A DNA stretch of 64,000 bases, taken from NCBI GenBank assembly GCA_033442325.1, contig JAWQFM010000001.1, positions 2,083,479 to 2,147,478 of the forward strand. Direction: 5' to 3'. A model generated the notes under the pieces. It worked only from the letters and a program-made list of their open reading frames with translations, made no database searches and was not told the origin of the DNA. The position numbers and the translations under genes were made by a program. The DNA is from Salpingoeca rosetta (taxonomy: Eukaryota > Protista > Choanoflagellata). Shown here piece after piece: positions 32,834 through 54,721 of this stretch. Every line of letters starts with the position of its first letter. Within the stretch, counting starts at the first letter, position 1.

Positions 32834-35650
32834 TGCGCATGTGTGTGTGTACATATGTGTGTGTGTGTGTGCGTGCGCGCGTACATGTGTATGCGTGTGT
32901 GATTTCAGTTTGCCAATCCCACAATCGCATGCTGGGGTGCGTGCATTGTGTACGCTTACCGAGGAAGGAGGTCACCTCCACATCGCTGGCAATCCCATAG
33001 GCAATCTTGTACGCGGAGGTGGCGAGGGAGGAAGGCACGGTGCGTGCGTCGTCCACCACGACAGCCTCTTCGTCGCCATCACCATCGCCATCACTGCTCG
33101 CAGCGGCTGCGGAGGGCGTGGAGGATGACAGGCGGTGGCTCATGTTGAGCATGGTGCGTGTCTCGTCGTTGAGGTCAGCAAGGACGCCAGAGTAGGTGCT
33201 GGTGGCGGCGACAATACCGACGCGGTCGAGGCTCGAGTGGTTGCGGAACACCTTGCGGAACGTGCGCACCAGCGACATCTGTGTGTGTGTGTGGGGGGGG
33301 GGGCAGATGCGAGAACAGCGGCATGGCGGTGGCGAAGAAGGGAGTAGAAGGGGGATCGAAGGTGAGGTGGTGATGAGTACGTTCCAGTGGTGGCTTCGTT
33401 GAGGAAGAATGGCATGCTCATACACACACGCACGCAACAACACAACACAACACAACACACACACACACAAGGAGCGCAAAGCATACGTCCTCTGGGTTGA
33501 CGGGCTTGAAGTTCTCGTCGAGGACAGACGTCTCTGGCTCAAAGAGGCCGTTCATGTCGTCGACCGCCAGCAGCACATTCGGTCTGCTCATGCACAGGGA
33601 GTGAGGTAAAACGGGAGGTAAGGAGGGCAGCGAGGGAGCATGAGTCTCAGCACGCACGCGCACACCCACGCGCACACCCACACCCACCCACACCCACACC
33701 CACACACCCCCCCCCCCACACACACACAAACGAATGTGCGTGCACATGAAGCGATGTCGCAATCAGGCAAGTGTGGGCAGCACGACACGTGAGACGGTCA
33801 TGTAGTGAGGCCATGTGCCCACCTGTCCTTTGCTGCCAGGAGCTCCTTGACAATGACACCGACTATGTCCGCAGAGGACCGGTCATCCTCCTCAATCAAC
33901 GACAGGAGCTGTTGAGAACGCCACCAGGCACAAATAAGGGATTAACATGAGATGTGCGTCGCGCGCGCGCGCGTGTGTGTGTGGGGTGACATGTGCATTC
34001 CTTGTACACTTGCGCACACACACGCACACACACATGCACACACCCCCTCCTGTCGCATGAGCGGGTGTGCCCACCCACCTCCTTGAGTGGGGTGCCGACG
34101 GCGGTTGTGTGGGATCCTTCCAGCCACGTGTACTTCTTCGTCGTCTTCAGCTGTACACACGCGAGATTGAGCAAAGTGCGTTTGGGGGTGGGTGGGGGGA
34201 AAGGGGTGAATGAGTGAAAATAGCATCATCACATCCCAAGGCACTGCGAGCGAGTGAACGGGCGTGTCCATGTACACACACACACACACACAGACACACA
34301 CACACACACAGACACACGCACAGACACACACACGCACACACACAGACACACACGCACGCACAACCGAACAACCAACCAACCAACCAACCAACCAACCCAA
34401 CAAACACACATCAGCAACCAACCCAACCAACACAAAGCAACACAAGCAAGCAAATGACGACAAACAACACGCACGCACGTCTGCGATGCGGTCTGAGTTG
34501 AGCTTGAAGAAGCTGTTGAGCCAGGTGATGGCGTCACGCGTGCTGTCCACGCGCCCGGGCTTGTACGTCGACATGTCAATGTAGTGCGGCTCGAGCACCC
34601 ACCGCGCCCCAGAGGACACGGGAAGGACAACCCAGCCTTCCTTCCAGTAGCGGTACGACAGATACGCAAGCGCCGTCGACTTGCCGTGGCTGCGTTCGAT
34701 TGGTGTGGTGTGGTGACGGGAGCAGGAAGAGGAGAGAGGGAACAAGAACGGAGCAAAAGGAGGTAAGAAACATGTAAAGGGAGCATACGGCAAATTGATG
34801 GTCACGTGTGTATCCTGCACATGGGTGCCAGGTGGTGTCAGCTGGCCACGCCAGGCACCAGCTCGTACCCGTCCTTTCCGATGAGGAACACCTGCGGCAG
34901 CGCAGCCTTGTCCTGGTGGCGTAAACAAGAAGCACACACACACACACACATACAAACATGTGCATGTAGGACACGGTGATGGTGAGCGGTTGCAACTCGA
35001 TACGTGCTGCCAACACCTCTCACTCTTCACTGGCCCACACAACACAACACACCCCGCCAAGCAGGCAGGCGCAAACAGGCAGGTACCTTCTGCGCGTCGA
35101 TGATGCTGGCGACCTTCATGGTGCTCTGGCGGAGGAGAAACGAGCAGAACCCCTGCTGCCGCACCTCGTCGCGACGGCGGCGCTTCAGGAACACGTCGCT
35201 CACAACGGGCTCGTCCCGCCGGTCAACAATGAAAAACGAGTTGGCATCCGCCATCCCGTGCTCCACCTGCTCCCCATGGTAAATGCGCATGTGTGTGTGT
35301 GTGTGTGTGTGTGTGCGATGGCGGCGGTAAGCATCAGCACTATCAAGCTGGTGGACAACGCAATTCGACATTGCAACTCCACCACCGCACAGCACAGCAC
35401 AGCACAGCACCGCACTCCGCCCACACAGCACCACACGACGCACCGGGTTGGTGGGAGCGAGACGGCACTTTGACTGCTTTGAGCGGCTGCCACTGCGCTG
35501 CTGCGGCGGTGATGAGGTGAGCGTGGTGGCGTCCTCTGTTGCGCTGAAGATGCTGAGCAGGTCGCTTGTCGTCGTCGTGTTGGTCGAGCCCGCGGCACCA
35601 ACGCACCGCGCCGCATGCAACAGGCGCCTCTGCACACGTGCGAGCATCAT
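32593..35650 (-). CDS. DAP3: Mitochondrial ribosomal protein S29 / death-associated protein 3
   Basis: Arg-rich presequence MMLARVQRRLLHAAR. FLLRQST. P-loop split by an intron (LIGKDG|HGKST). GWVVLPV, WLNSFFKLN, KKYTW, Walker B VLLAVDDMNGLF. C-terminal EVTSFL|DYHNSIGW...LSAGN. Confidence 0.85.
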
Positions 35651-36139
35651 GGTGCTGCGTGCTGCTGCTGCTGCTGCTACCGCTGCTGGTGTGGCAGTGC
35701 TCTGCGTGGTCCAACTTGTTCTTCACCGATGTGCTGGCGACGCGCAATCACCACGCGTGACTTTTGGCTGCTGGTGAATGTGATGCGATATGGGGCCAGG
35801 GATGCCGTGCGTGCGTGCGTGTCAGGTTTCCAACCAGTCTGTGGCGGTTTGCGGTCCAGATCGATGTCTGTTCTGCCTACATTTGTTTTGGGGGAGGTGG
35901 GAGGAGAGCAGGGTGTGGTGGGTGGTGAGCAACCGCGAACTAGTGTGCAGGGTTGAGCGAAGAAGGGTAAAGATGAGGGTGCGTAAGGTGACACGCAAGC
36001 TCCCAACAGTGGGAGGGCAAGTGAAGAAAAGTGCCAGGTGTGGGCGATGGGATGAGGGTGGTGGTGCACCAGGCACAAGCACAAAGTATGCAGTGTAGGG
36101 AACCCTGGCGCACACGCACCCGTGCCCATGCACTGCACC

Positions 36140-36202
<63 letters not shown>

Positions 36203-37924
36203 ACGCACGTGCACGAGCATGTACGTGCGAACAACATCAACGGAAGCAGTGCCAAACGACAAAGAAGAGCCAACGAAACTCAACACAACAACGACAAAAG
36301 AAAAAGAAACAGACAATGGGGGTGGGTGGGTGCTTGTGAAAGCGAACGCGGGAGGAGGGAGAATGTGTGATGCAAAGTGCAGAGTTCCCCACCCCAATGC
36401 AACACGTGCACACACCCGTGACACAAACACCCAAATGAACGCAAATGTGTGCACACGCTAGTGCCCACGATGGCAACGAACCATCCAAAGCAAGCCAATG
36501 AAGGTGAGGGGAGGGGGATGGAGCCAGCAGACAGCCGCCACAGAGGCGGTGTGGATGAACAGAGACAGGCGAGGGATGAGCGGAGGGAGGACGAGAGAGG
36601 TGATGGTTGCGCATGGGAAGGGGGGAAATGCTTCGACGTCAATGCCAAGAACCAAACCAGGCACAAAGGCCAGGCCAGGCACAGCGACGGCCCAGCCAAA
36701 CAAAACAACAAGCGAGCACAAGTGTTGGGGGGGGGGTTGGTCGCTGACATGATGCATGTACAGCACACGGGACACACGCAGCCGATTGGCGCGGTGTCAC
36801 TGCTACGCACAAGCACGACCCAGCAATTGAGGACTTTGGCCCGCGGAGGAAGAGAAAAGCAAAGCCCCGGACCAGTCCCACACACCAAACACCATCACAA
36901 AACATACACCACACACACCTCCAAAGTGCACTCACAAGAAAGAAAGGAGTGTGGGGCAAGCAAAGACGAAGGAAAGAAAACGGAGAAGAAGCAGGGCAGT
37001 GTGGAGAGAAGGAGATCACGCGTGTGATCATGATCACGCACCATCAACAAGGAGAAGGTGCACCACACATCAAGCGTGAGGGGTGCAACATGGCCCACAC
37101 ATTGCCACTGGCACGGGTGCGCGAAACACGAAAGCTCACCTTTGGCGATGGCGTGGCTTGGTTCAGTTGGTGCGTGCTTGTGTGCTTGTGTGTGTGTGTA
37201 TGTGGGTGACGCTGCGTTGGTTGATCAGTGTATTGGTTGATGATGAGTGTGTTGGTTGGTTGAGTGAGTGAGTGTGTGTGTGTGTGTGTGAGTGAGTGTG
37301 TGAGTGTGTGAGTGTGTGAGTGAGTGTGTGAGTGAGTGAGTGAGTGTGTGAGTGGTTGATTGATCAATCAATGGTCGGCACCAAATGAAAGAGGTGAGCG
37401 CAGAGACCAAGACCAGCCTGGGTTCGCACGCAAGAGCACAGAGGTGTGCTTGTGTTTGCGCACTTGTGTGCTTGTGTTTGTTTGTGGACTTGTGCTGCGT
37501 GTGTGTATGTGCTGATCAGACAACACAAACACAAACACAAACATACACAAGCACACACACACACACACACTACCTCTGTGTGCACGAGCAGCGGCGGCTG
37601 CGGATAGGTCAAAACAAAAACAAACATCCAAACACACACACACACGCGCAACCAATCCACACACCACTCGCTCAGCAGTGTTCTCACTCACGCTGGCTGG
37701 CTGGCTGGTCGCGAGCAACCTGTCTGTTGTCGTGCTGCTTGCTGCCTGTGCTCGTGTTTCACACGAAGAAAACTGCAGAGTCAGCACAATTTGGCTATGA
37801 ACCTGAATTCAGTTGTACCAATTGCTGACGGCAAACTTCGCTGATGTGAACTTCGCCACATTCCTTGAGCTCCTTCCTGCTGTGAAATGACTTCCATGAC
37901 GAGATGTGCTCTCGCAACCCTCCG

Positions 37925-37998
37925 CACACGCCCCTGCATTCATGTCACACTCAAGCACTCACACACGCCCCTGCATTCATGGCACACTCAAGCACTCA
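37925..37998. repeat. 37-bp tandem duplication (one mismatch) just upstream of the membrane-protein ATG
   Basis: cacacgcccctgcattcatg(t/g)cacactcaagcactca x2. Confidence 0.85.
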
Positions 37999-38070
37999 GC
38001 ACGAGCGTCAACAAACAAAGTGAGCGAGCGAATCCAAGCGTGGTGACGACGACAAACGGCAACAACGACA

Positions 38071-41094
<3,024 letters not shown>

Positions 41095-41790
41095 GGCCGC
41101 ATGGTGACATCGTGAGGCGGCGAAACAGTGACTTCAAATCGTGGCCATGATGATGATGACGTGGTGGCGTCGTGAGAGGGTGATGCGAAATGCATCGAGG
41201 AGGGAAGATGGGCTTCTTGATTGTCTCATACAGATGTAGGATGTGCAGTGCGCTGGAGTGCAATTACACTGTGTGTGTTTGCGTTGTGTCATGCAGTGAT
41301 GCGAAATCCCCTGCTGTGCGTATGTGTGGCCAGCAGCGTGTTGGGCACGGCAATGTGGAAATTGGCATGCGCACTTGTGCACTTGTGCTGTCGTGCTGTT
41401 GTAATGGATGGATACTTGGAGAGGGTAGTAAAGCTGACGAATTGTCACACTCACATCAATGCAACAAAACTCGACACAAGACACGCACGCGTGCGGTGTG
41501 CGCACCCGCAGATGTAGAAGCGAACGAAGCACCAGCGTTCCACAGATGCACAGGACCACACACACACACACACACACACGTGCACAAACACATGTGCACA
41601 AACACATGTGCACAAACACATATGTGTATACACATTCAACACGGACAACTCAGGCACACAAACATGTGCACGCGCTAGCGTACACACACAAAGCACAGTG
41701 ATACAGTGCAGCGCGCGCTTTGCGCCGCAGATCAGCAAGCGAAGCTGGCGACTGCACACGAGCGTGCGTGCGTTTAGTGGATGTGTGCGT

Positions 41791-45862
<4,072 letters not shown>

Positions 45863-45966
45863 TCCTCGTTGTCTTGCTTGGTTTGGTGGTTGAGGAAAGT
45901 TGGTGTTTATTGCCCATGAAAAATCGACGATGTGTGGTGTTGAGGTCTGCCAGCAGACACTTGCTT

Positions 45967-46004
<38 letters not shown>

Positions 46005-46020
46005 CTTCTTGTGCTGCAAC

Positions 46021-47876
<1,856 letters not shown>

Positions 47877-48333
47877 TGTGGAAGATTGTTGGTGTGACAG
47901 TAAATATTCATTCACGTGTGGCGTTGTCCTTCTCTTTGCACACCATTCATTGTTGTACGCCTGCGCCTTTGCGTGTGTGCTTGTGTCTCGAAGCACCGGC
48001 TTAGTCAGAGCTTGCCGCGTCTCCCCCCCCCCCCACTTGCGTTGCTTGTCTCATCCTCTCTTCGTTCTCTCGTGTTCCCTTTTGTAGCTTTATTTGTAGC
48101 TTTGTTCTCTTCGACTTGATCTAGGATCGCGTTGTGTCTTGTTCCTCCCTCACTTGCTGCAGTTGCACCGGCGCTTGAATCGTGTCACCGGCGGTACTGC
48201 ATCAACACCGCGCCACAGCTTCATTTCACTGCTGTTGCAAACCAATTCGTTTTGAGTTGCGAGATCGCTCGCCTGCCTGCCTGCCTGCCTGCCTGCCTGA
48301 ATATCTGTCAGCCAGTTGCACACAACACACACA
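47877..48333. promoter_or_regulatory. Short divergent intergenic region BORCS5/PISD (candidate bidirectional promoter)
   Basis: Head-to-head ATGs about 460 bp apart. Confidence 0.45.
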
Positions 48334-48395
48334 ATGGCTCGCCTCTGGCGCAGACGAACAGGTGTGTGTGTGTGTGTTTGCAATGTGTGTGTGTG

Positions 48396-48453
<58 letters not shown>

Positions 48454-49719
48454 TGTGTGTCGATGAAAGCACGTGTGTGGACGTGGTGTGTCTCGGAATC
48501 GCGGTTGCATGGAAGAAAGTGCTTGCCAATGGCTTGCCAATGGCTTGCCAATCGCTGCATACCGTTGTCGTGCGCTCACTTGTGACCAACCTACCTACCT
48601 GCTGTACACCTGCGCCATGTGTATGTGTACGCGTGTTTTGTTTGCTGTCCACGTGATACAGCCCCGCTTGCCCTGGGCATCGGGCTACTTGGCACACTTC
48701 AAGTACGACGCATGATTCGAAACGAGGTACTTGAACGGATGGAGGGATGTTTCAACACTTGTGTGCGTGTGTGTGGATATGTCCGCTGTGTTGTCATGTG
48801 GGTTAAGAGAGTGCGTGTAAAGCGTTTGCAGAGCACGTGAGAATCGGCCGCCTTGATGTACAGTCGTTGCCACACTGCTGACAAATGTGCCTTTTCACAT
48901 CACCAAACCACCGTCGATGTGGCCCCTGTCATTTCACTTATATTCCGCAGGAGATTGAACAGCCAAACCCACTCAGCCCCCAAACAGGTGTGAATGTGTG
49001 TGAATGTGTGCTTGCACAGTCGTGTGCACCTTGTGTATGCTTGCGTGTTTGTGTGTGCACGCGGTGCTGCATGATCTGCAGTCTCGCACTCACTTGGGTT
49101 GGTGCTTGCACACCACCCTTGTAGTTGATTTGATTCTGAAGCTGCCGGCTCGCGTGCTCTCGAGAGCATGGGGCGCCGTCAACGAGGTGCGCGTGTTGTG
49201 TGGAGACTTGCGATGATGGTCACTTGCGCGATTTTGAGTCTGAATGGCGTTGCTGGTGTCTCCACCTGCATCTGCATTGCAATGCATCATCACCATTGCC
49301 ACCGTGCTGTGGTTGCAGTGGTTGCTATTGTTGTCGCTCTGTGCTCATTGCCATACGCGCGCGTTGTTGTCCGCTGTGTGCTCTTCCTGCTGTGTTACTG
49401 TGCCAGGTTGAATTGCCAACGTGGACACGAGCACCACTGCTTGGCGTGTATGCGCGCGCATTTGACTGCAATATGGAGGAGGTGAGTGGAGCCACCAGCT
49501 TGCCCCGATCACTGACTCGCCAACTCGCCACTTTGTCGTGGTGACTGGTGTTTTGTTTTGTTTTGTTTGTTTGTTTGTTTGTTTGTTTGTTTGTTTGTTT
49601 GTTTGTTTGTTTGTTTGTTTGTTTGTTTGTTTGTTTGTTTGTTTGTTTGTTTGTTTGTTTGTTTGTTTGTTTGTTTCTGCCTCTCACCACCACAATTTAC
49701 ACACACACACGCACACCCC

Positions 49720-49777
<58 letters not shown>

Positions 49778-50721
49778 CCACCTCCACGTCCCCGTCCTCC
49801 CCTGCATTCCTTGATCGACAACTGCAGGCGGAGCAGCAAGACCTTGCCCAATACCGCTGTCTGCAAGGTACATGTTCGTCATACATCCAAGCACACACAA
49901 CCACACACAACCACACGTGCACGTGTACATGCACGTGTGTGTTGTTGCTTCGTGCCTCCTCTCAAGCCAGTACTCGATGGTGGTCGTCATACCTCATGCA
50001 CTGCTTGCGTTGTCACAGATTTCTTTGGCCGGTACTTGAAGCGTGGCGCACGCCCCATCGCACCAGGTACAGTTCACGTCACCTCCACATCGCAGCGCTC
50101 TCCTCACTGCCCGCCTGCACTTTCTCACGCGCGCACACATGATTGCATGGATGATCCCACCGCATCTCATCCATTTCCAACTTGCACCCTCCCATATTTG
50201 TGTGTGTGTGTGTGTGCACAGCGCTTGTGAACAGCCCGGCAGACTGCAAAGTGCTCTCGTATGGACAGATTGATAGCGACGGCGTCGTTGATCAAGTGTG
50301 TTGACCGTGCAATCACTGCTTCGCCTTGCGTTACGGTGTTGTTGTGTTCCCCGTCTTGTGTTCCCTGTATACTTGCGCACGTTGCCTGTTTGCTTGCACA
50401 TATCGTGCAAAATGAAGACTCGCCCCCCCCCCTTCCTTCTCTCCCTCTCCACAGACTGATTTTTGTTTGTTTGGCCTTTGCTCACTGACTACTGTACTCG
50501 CGTGTGTGTATGTGCAGGTGAAGGGCCTGTCGTATCGTGTCGATAAGCTCCTTGGTTGGTGGGTGTTGGCGGTTGCAATGCCCCTGTTGCTACTGGCTTT
50601 AACTTCATGTTGTGTTGTGTGATTGTGTGTACACGCGCACTTGCGCATGCCACGTTGATGTTTGTACGTTGGCTCGGCCCATCTGCGTGAAATGAACCGT
50701 TTTTCGTGTCGGTTCTAACTT

Positions 50722-50781
<60 letters not shown>

Positions 50782-51260
50782 TTACACCTTGCCCTAACCA
50801 TGAAGTGGAGGTGGGTAGGGCACAACGTGGTGTACATATATTAGCTAGACAATTGATTATGGATCCAGATTAGACGTGCTCCGGTGATACTTAGGGAAGA
50901 CGGTCGCTATAGCTGAGGTAAAACGGATGTCCCTCCCCGCGCAAATACCTAGCCCGTACACGTTCAGTGCCCAAATGAAGCGCTGAAGGTACATCCCAGC
51001 AAAACTGTTGACTAGTCACAGCATCAGTTCATGCGCTTGCGTGTTCGAGTAGTTACACTTGGCACGGGCGGGAACGTGTTAAGCTGGAGAGCCGCGATTG
51101 GCACCGGTCTAGATGGTCCCGTTGCCGCCGCATCGCATGGGCTCTAAGGGCACCTTAATAGTGGAGGCACGACGAACGAGAAACAGTTCTCTGTTGCAGA
51201 TTTAAGATCTCTTCCAATCCAGTTCGTCCGAGGAACAACCATCGACGGGTCAAATTCAAG

Positions 51261-51315
<55 letters not shown>

Positions 51316-51611
51316 ACACACATACACACAACCGCCAACGCCACCGCTGCCACCACGGTCACAGGCGGGCTGCTGTCTGTTGCCCCTGTTGCTGCGCGGG
51401 CGGTGCGCAATCTGTTTGCCCTCAACGAGCGCGTTGTTCTTCGCGGCGACTGGGACCACGGCCACTTCTTCTACTGCGCTGTTGGCGCTTACAACGTCGG
51501 ATCCATCCGCGTGCATGCAAACAAGGTCCGTGTCTCTTACAGTTGTTGTTGTTTAAGTTGTTGTTGTTTAAGTTGTTGTTGTTTAAGTTGTTGTTGTTGT
51601 TGTTGTTTAAG

Positions 51612-51642
<31 letters not shown>

Positions 51643-52092
51643 TGAGGTGCACCGCTCACGCCGCTGTCATTTCTCGTGGTGCTCCATAGGCTGTGGAAAC
51701 AAACCTTGCTGACATCCCCGCCTCCGCGCAGCCCCGTGAATTCCCCAGCGTATGTGACCACATGTGTGCGTGATTGTGCGCGTGTTTGTGCTTGTGCTGC
51801 GTATGCCGGCGTGTCGGTGTGGCATGATTGCATGCTTTCGGCCTTTGCGCCCGTGTTCTACCACCATGTATACACCATGTACACACTCACACACACACAC
51901 ACACTCACTCACGCATGCACACTCACGCTCACACACACACACACACACACACGCACACTCACACTCACGCTCACACACGCACGCTCATTCTTGCAACATG
52001 ATAGATGACCAAGCGGTTCCAGAAAGGCGAGGAGGTTGGCGCGTTCCGCCTAGGCTCGACTGTCGTCCTCGTCTTTGAAGCACCGGAGGTTT

Positions 52093-52177
<85 letters not shown>

Positions 52178-52930
52178 GCACACACGCACACACGCACACA
52201 CGCACACACGCACACACGCACACGCACGCACGCACGCGCGCACGCGGGGCAATGACGCAAGTCACTGTCCTCCTTCGTCTTCTTCTTCTGTGTTTGCCCC
52301 CTCCCCCTCCCCTCATCGTTAGTTGTTTCCTTTGCACCTCACCAAGCGTGAGCAAGACCGACGTGTACCGTCGTGTTGTTCCTTGAGATCAACAGTGTTG
52401 TTCTTTGCATTGGTTGATACCTGCCATGTCTCGCGCGCGCGCTGATCGGCAGCGGTCGCGTAGCTGCTTGCGACGCGTAATGTTGTTGGTGTTGTTGGTG
52501 TTTTGTCAATGGTTGGTGTTGATATGTTTGATGTGATGGTTTTGTTGTTCTGTTGCGTGTGTTGCGAGTGTGTCCCTATTTTCCCCTAATTTTGTGGTTT
52601 GCCTGGCTGTTGCTCGCTGCCCAAAGCTTTGGGTTTCTTGCGTGCGGGTCTCCCTTGACTGATTGGTCACGGCGGTGCTCTCGTGCTTCTTGCTTGTTGT
52701 TCGTCTTTCTTCGTTCGAGAAATGCACCCATACCTGCATGCGTGCAGCGCAACCTTCACACCATGTGTGTGTTGCTCCTTGACCTCACGCCACCCTTGCC
52801 TCCTGGCACACATTTCTCACGCACATTCCCCTCCAATGCATGTCGAATGTCCCCCGCGTGTGGGCTGCAGGACTTTCACTTCCGCGTCCGGCCTGGACAG
52901 AAGCTGCGGGTCGGCGACCAGATTGGCTAA
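48334..52930 (+). CDS. PISD: Mitochondrial-type phosphatidylserine decarboxylase proenzyme; the internal catalytic-His exon is not visible
   Basis: MARLWRRRT presequence, LPARVLSRAWG, FFGRYLKRGARPI, NSPADCKV, QVKGLSY, LFALNERVVL, AVGAYNVGSI, KGEEVGAFRLGSTVVLVFEAP (LGST self-cleavage motif), GQKLRVGDQIG-stop. Confidence 0.93.
49549..49676. repeat. (GTTT)n microsatellite, intronic in PISD
   Basis: Seen directly. Confidence 0.95.
50780..51262. other. Compositionally foreign non-coding block between two (CA)n tracts inside PISD
   Basis: No microsatellites, frequent TA/TAG/CTA, no ORF in the track across most of it, no PISD motifs. Confidence 0.8.
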
Positions 52931-53026
52931 TGGCGTGTATTCTGTGCGACAACGACCTTTGGCGCTGTGGACAATGTGTGACATGAACGGACGCGCGGCC
53001 GACCTCGTCTGTGGTTGTTGTGGGCC

Positions 53027-53061
<35 letters not shown>

Positions 53062-54721
53062 GTTGTTTGTTGTTGTGGGCCTGTTGTTGTTGTTGTAGTT
53101 GTTCCCTCCTTTTTTTTTTTTTTGCTCGGTGTGTTTTTTGGCGGTTTTGCTCGTTCTTGTTTCCCTCGCTTCTGTTGTTGTCCCTCGCTCCATGCTATCC
53201 TTGCTTCCTTCCTTTGTCTTCTGCCTCTTCTTCGCTTCTCGGTCGTGGTCATGCATGCTGATGTCCCACTCATCGCGTCAGCTATCGCAACCCAATTCCA
53301 TGCTGATTCCAACTTAAGTGTCGATTTTTACAATAAATCTTCGTTTAATTTTCGCCGTCTTGCCCCGTTTGGATTGATGCCTCGCGCACAGAAACTGCTC
53401 GCAGACGCAAGACACACGCGCTCGCCGTCGATTTTCCCCTCTCCTTTCTGCTGCACGTTGCTGTTGCGTCGAGTCACACACATCGCAAAACAACAACCCA
53501 TCCCTCCACCACCAAGACCAAAGAGAGAAGCAAGCAGACATTTCCCACCACCACCACCACCACCACCCAATATCAAACCCACCTGCTTGTGCACGAACCA
53601 CTCTCTCACACACATTCACTCTGACGCACGGCAAGCAAGAAACCCCCTCGCTGTTCACGCCACAGCAGGATTGGGGGGAGCAACTTCACTGCACCTATTT
53701 TTTGTTGCATCCATCTTGCACCTCAATTACTTGTGCTCCTTGTGACGTCAACGGCCACCCCGGACGCAGACACGGCTCTGACGACTTGCTGTGAGGGGTG
53801 AAGTCGCCGTTCGCAGCCGTGTGCTGAGCTACTTCTGTACGTGGCATGCGTGCGTGCTGCCTTGCTTTTGCATTTTCCCCGACAATCATTCAATCATCCC
53901 CCTCGCCAAAGGCCCTCACACCAGCACAAAAGACAAGACACACAAACGACCGCGGGTGGGGTGCCACGACACACACACACACGCACACACACATGCACAC
54001 CTTCCCTCCCTGTCCAACAAGCAGCGCCTTTTCCGCTGCCCAGATCCCGCTGTGTTTGCTTTGTTTTGTTCTTCCCGCACAGAAGCACCCAACCCCACAC
54101 TTTACTGCAAGCACCTTGCTCTTGAACCTCATGCCAACAACCATCGCCATGATGAGTGGCTCATCGTTCCAATCCTGCCTACCTTGTAACCCTTCCTTCT
54201 CTCCTCTCCCTTCTCCCCCGCCCTTGCCAAACCCAACGGCTCAAATTGGTCTTGATGGGTTCACAGGAAACCATCATCCCAACGCCTCACCGTCGTTGAT
54301 CCAACCTACATTCCCTCAGACCGCCCCTCACAACTCTTGCCTGCGCCTCCAGGCGTTTCCTCACACACTTGGTTGTATCGCCCTCACTCCAGCTCAAACC
54401 AACAACTCGGCCAAGCCCAAAGGTACCAACCAGCCAACCAACAACACGCCTTCCATTTCCGACCGCGTGCTTCCCAAGCAGCCTTGGCCAAACCACCGTC
54501 CCTGCCTTGCATTCGCCTGACCCTCACAGCCAATCCCCTCGCCCTTTTCCCTTTGCACGTACACGCATGCACTCACAAACGCTCGCACACACACACCCAC
54601 AACCCCCCCCCAACATGTGATTTGTGGGCCTGTGGGCGCCACGCCCGTCCAAGGTCTTCACCAGGCTTTTGGCACTCTGCAAGCAACCGCGCAAACACCA
54701 CAGCTTCCATTGTTGGATGAA

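Noticed and set aside
50940-50980. KYLAR peptide in the foreign block as the missing PISD YLAP motif
   Set aside because: The flanks do not match (no preceding hydrophobic strand, no GDYH) and stops lie close on both sides; likely chance.
50820-51215. Several 6-bp palindromes (GGATCC, ACTAGT, TCTAGA, AGATCT, ACCGGT) suggesting a polylinker
   Set aside because: Dispersed, and close to the number expected by chance in ~480 bp of unbiased sequence.
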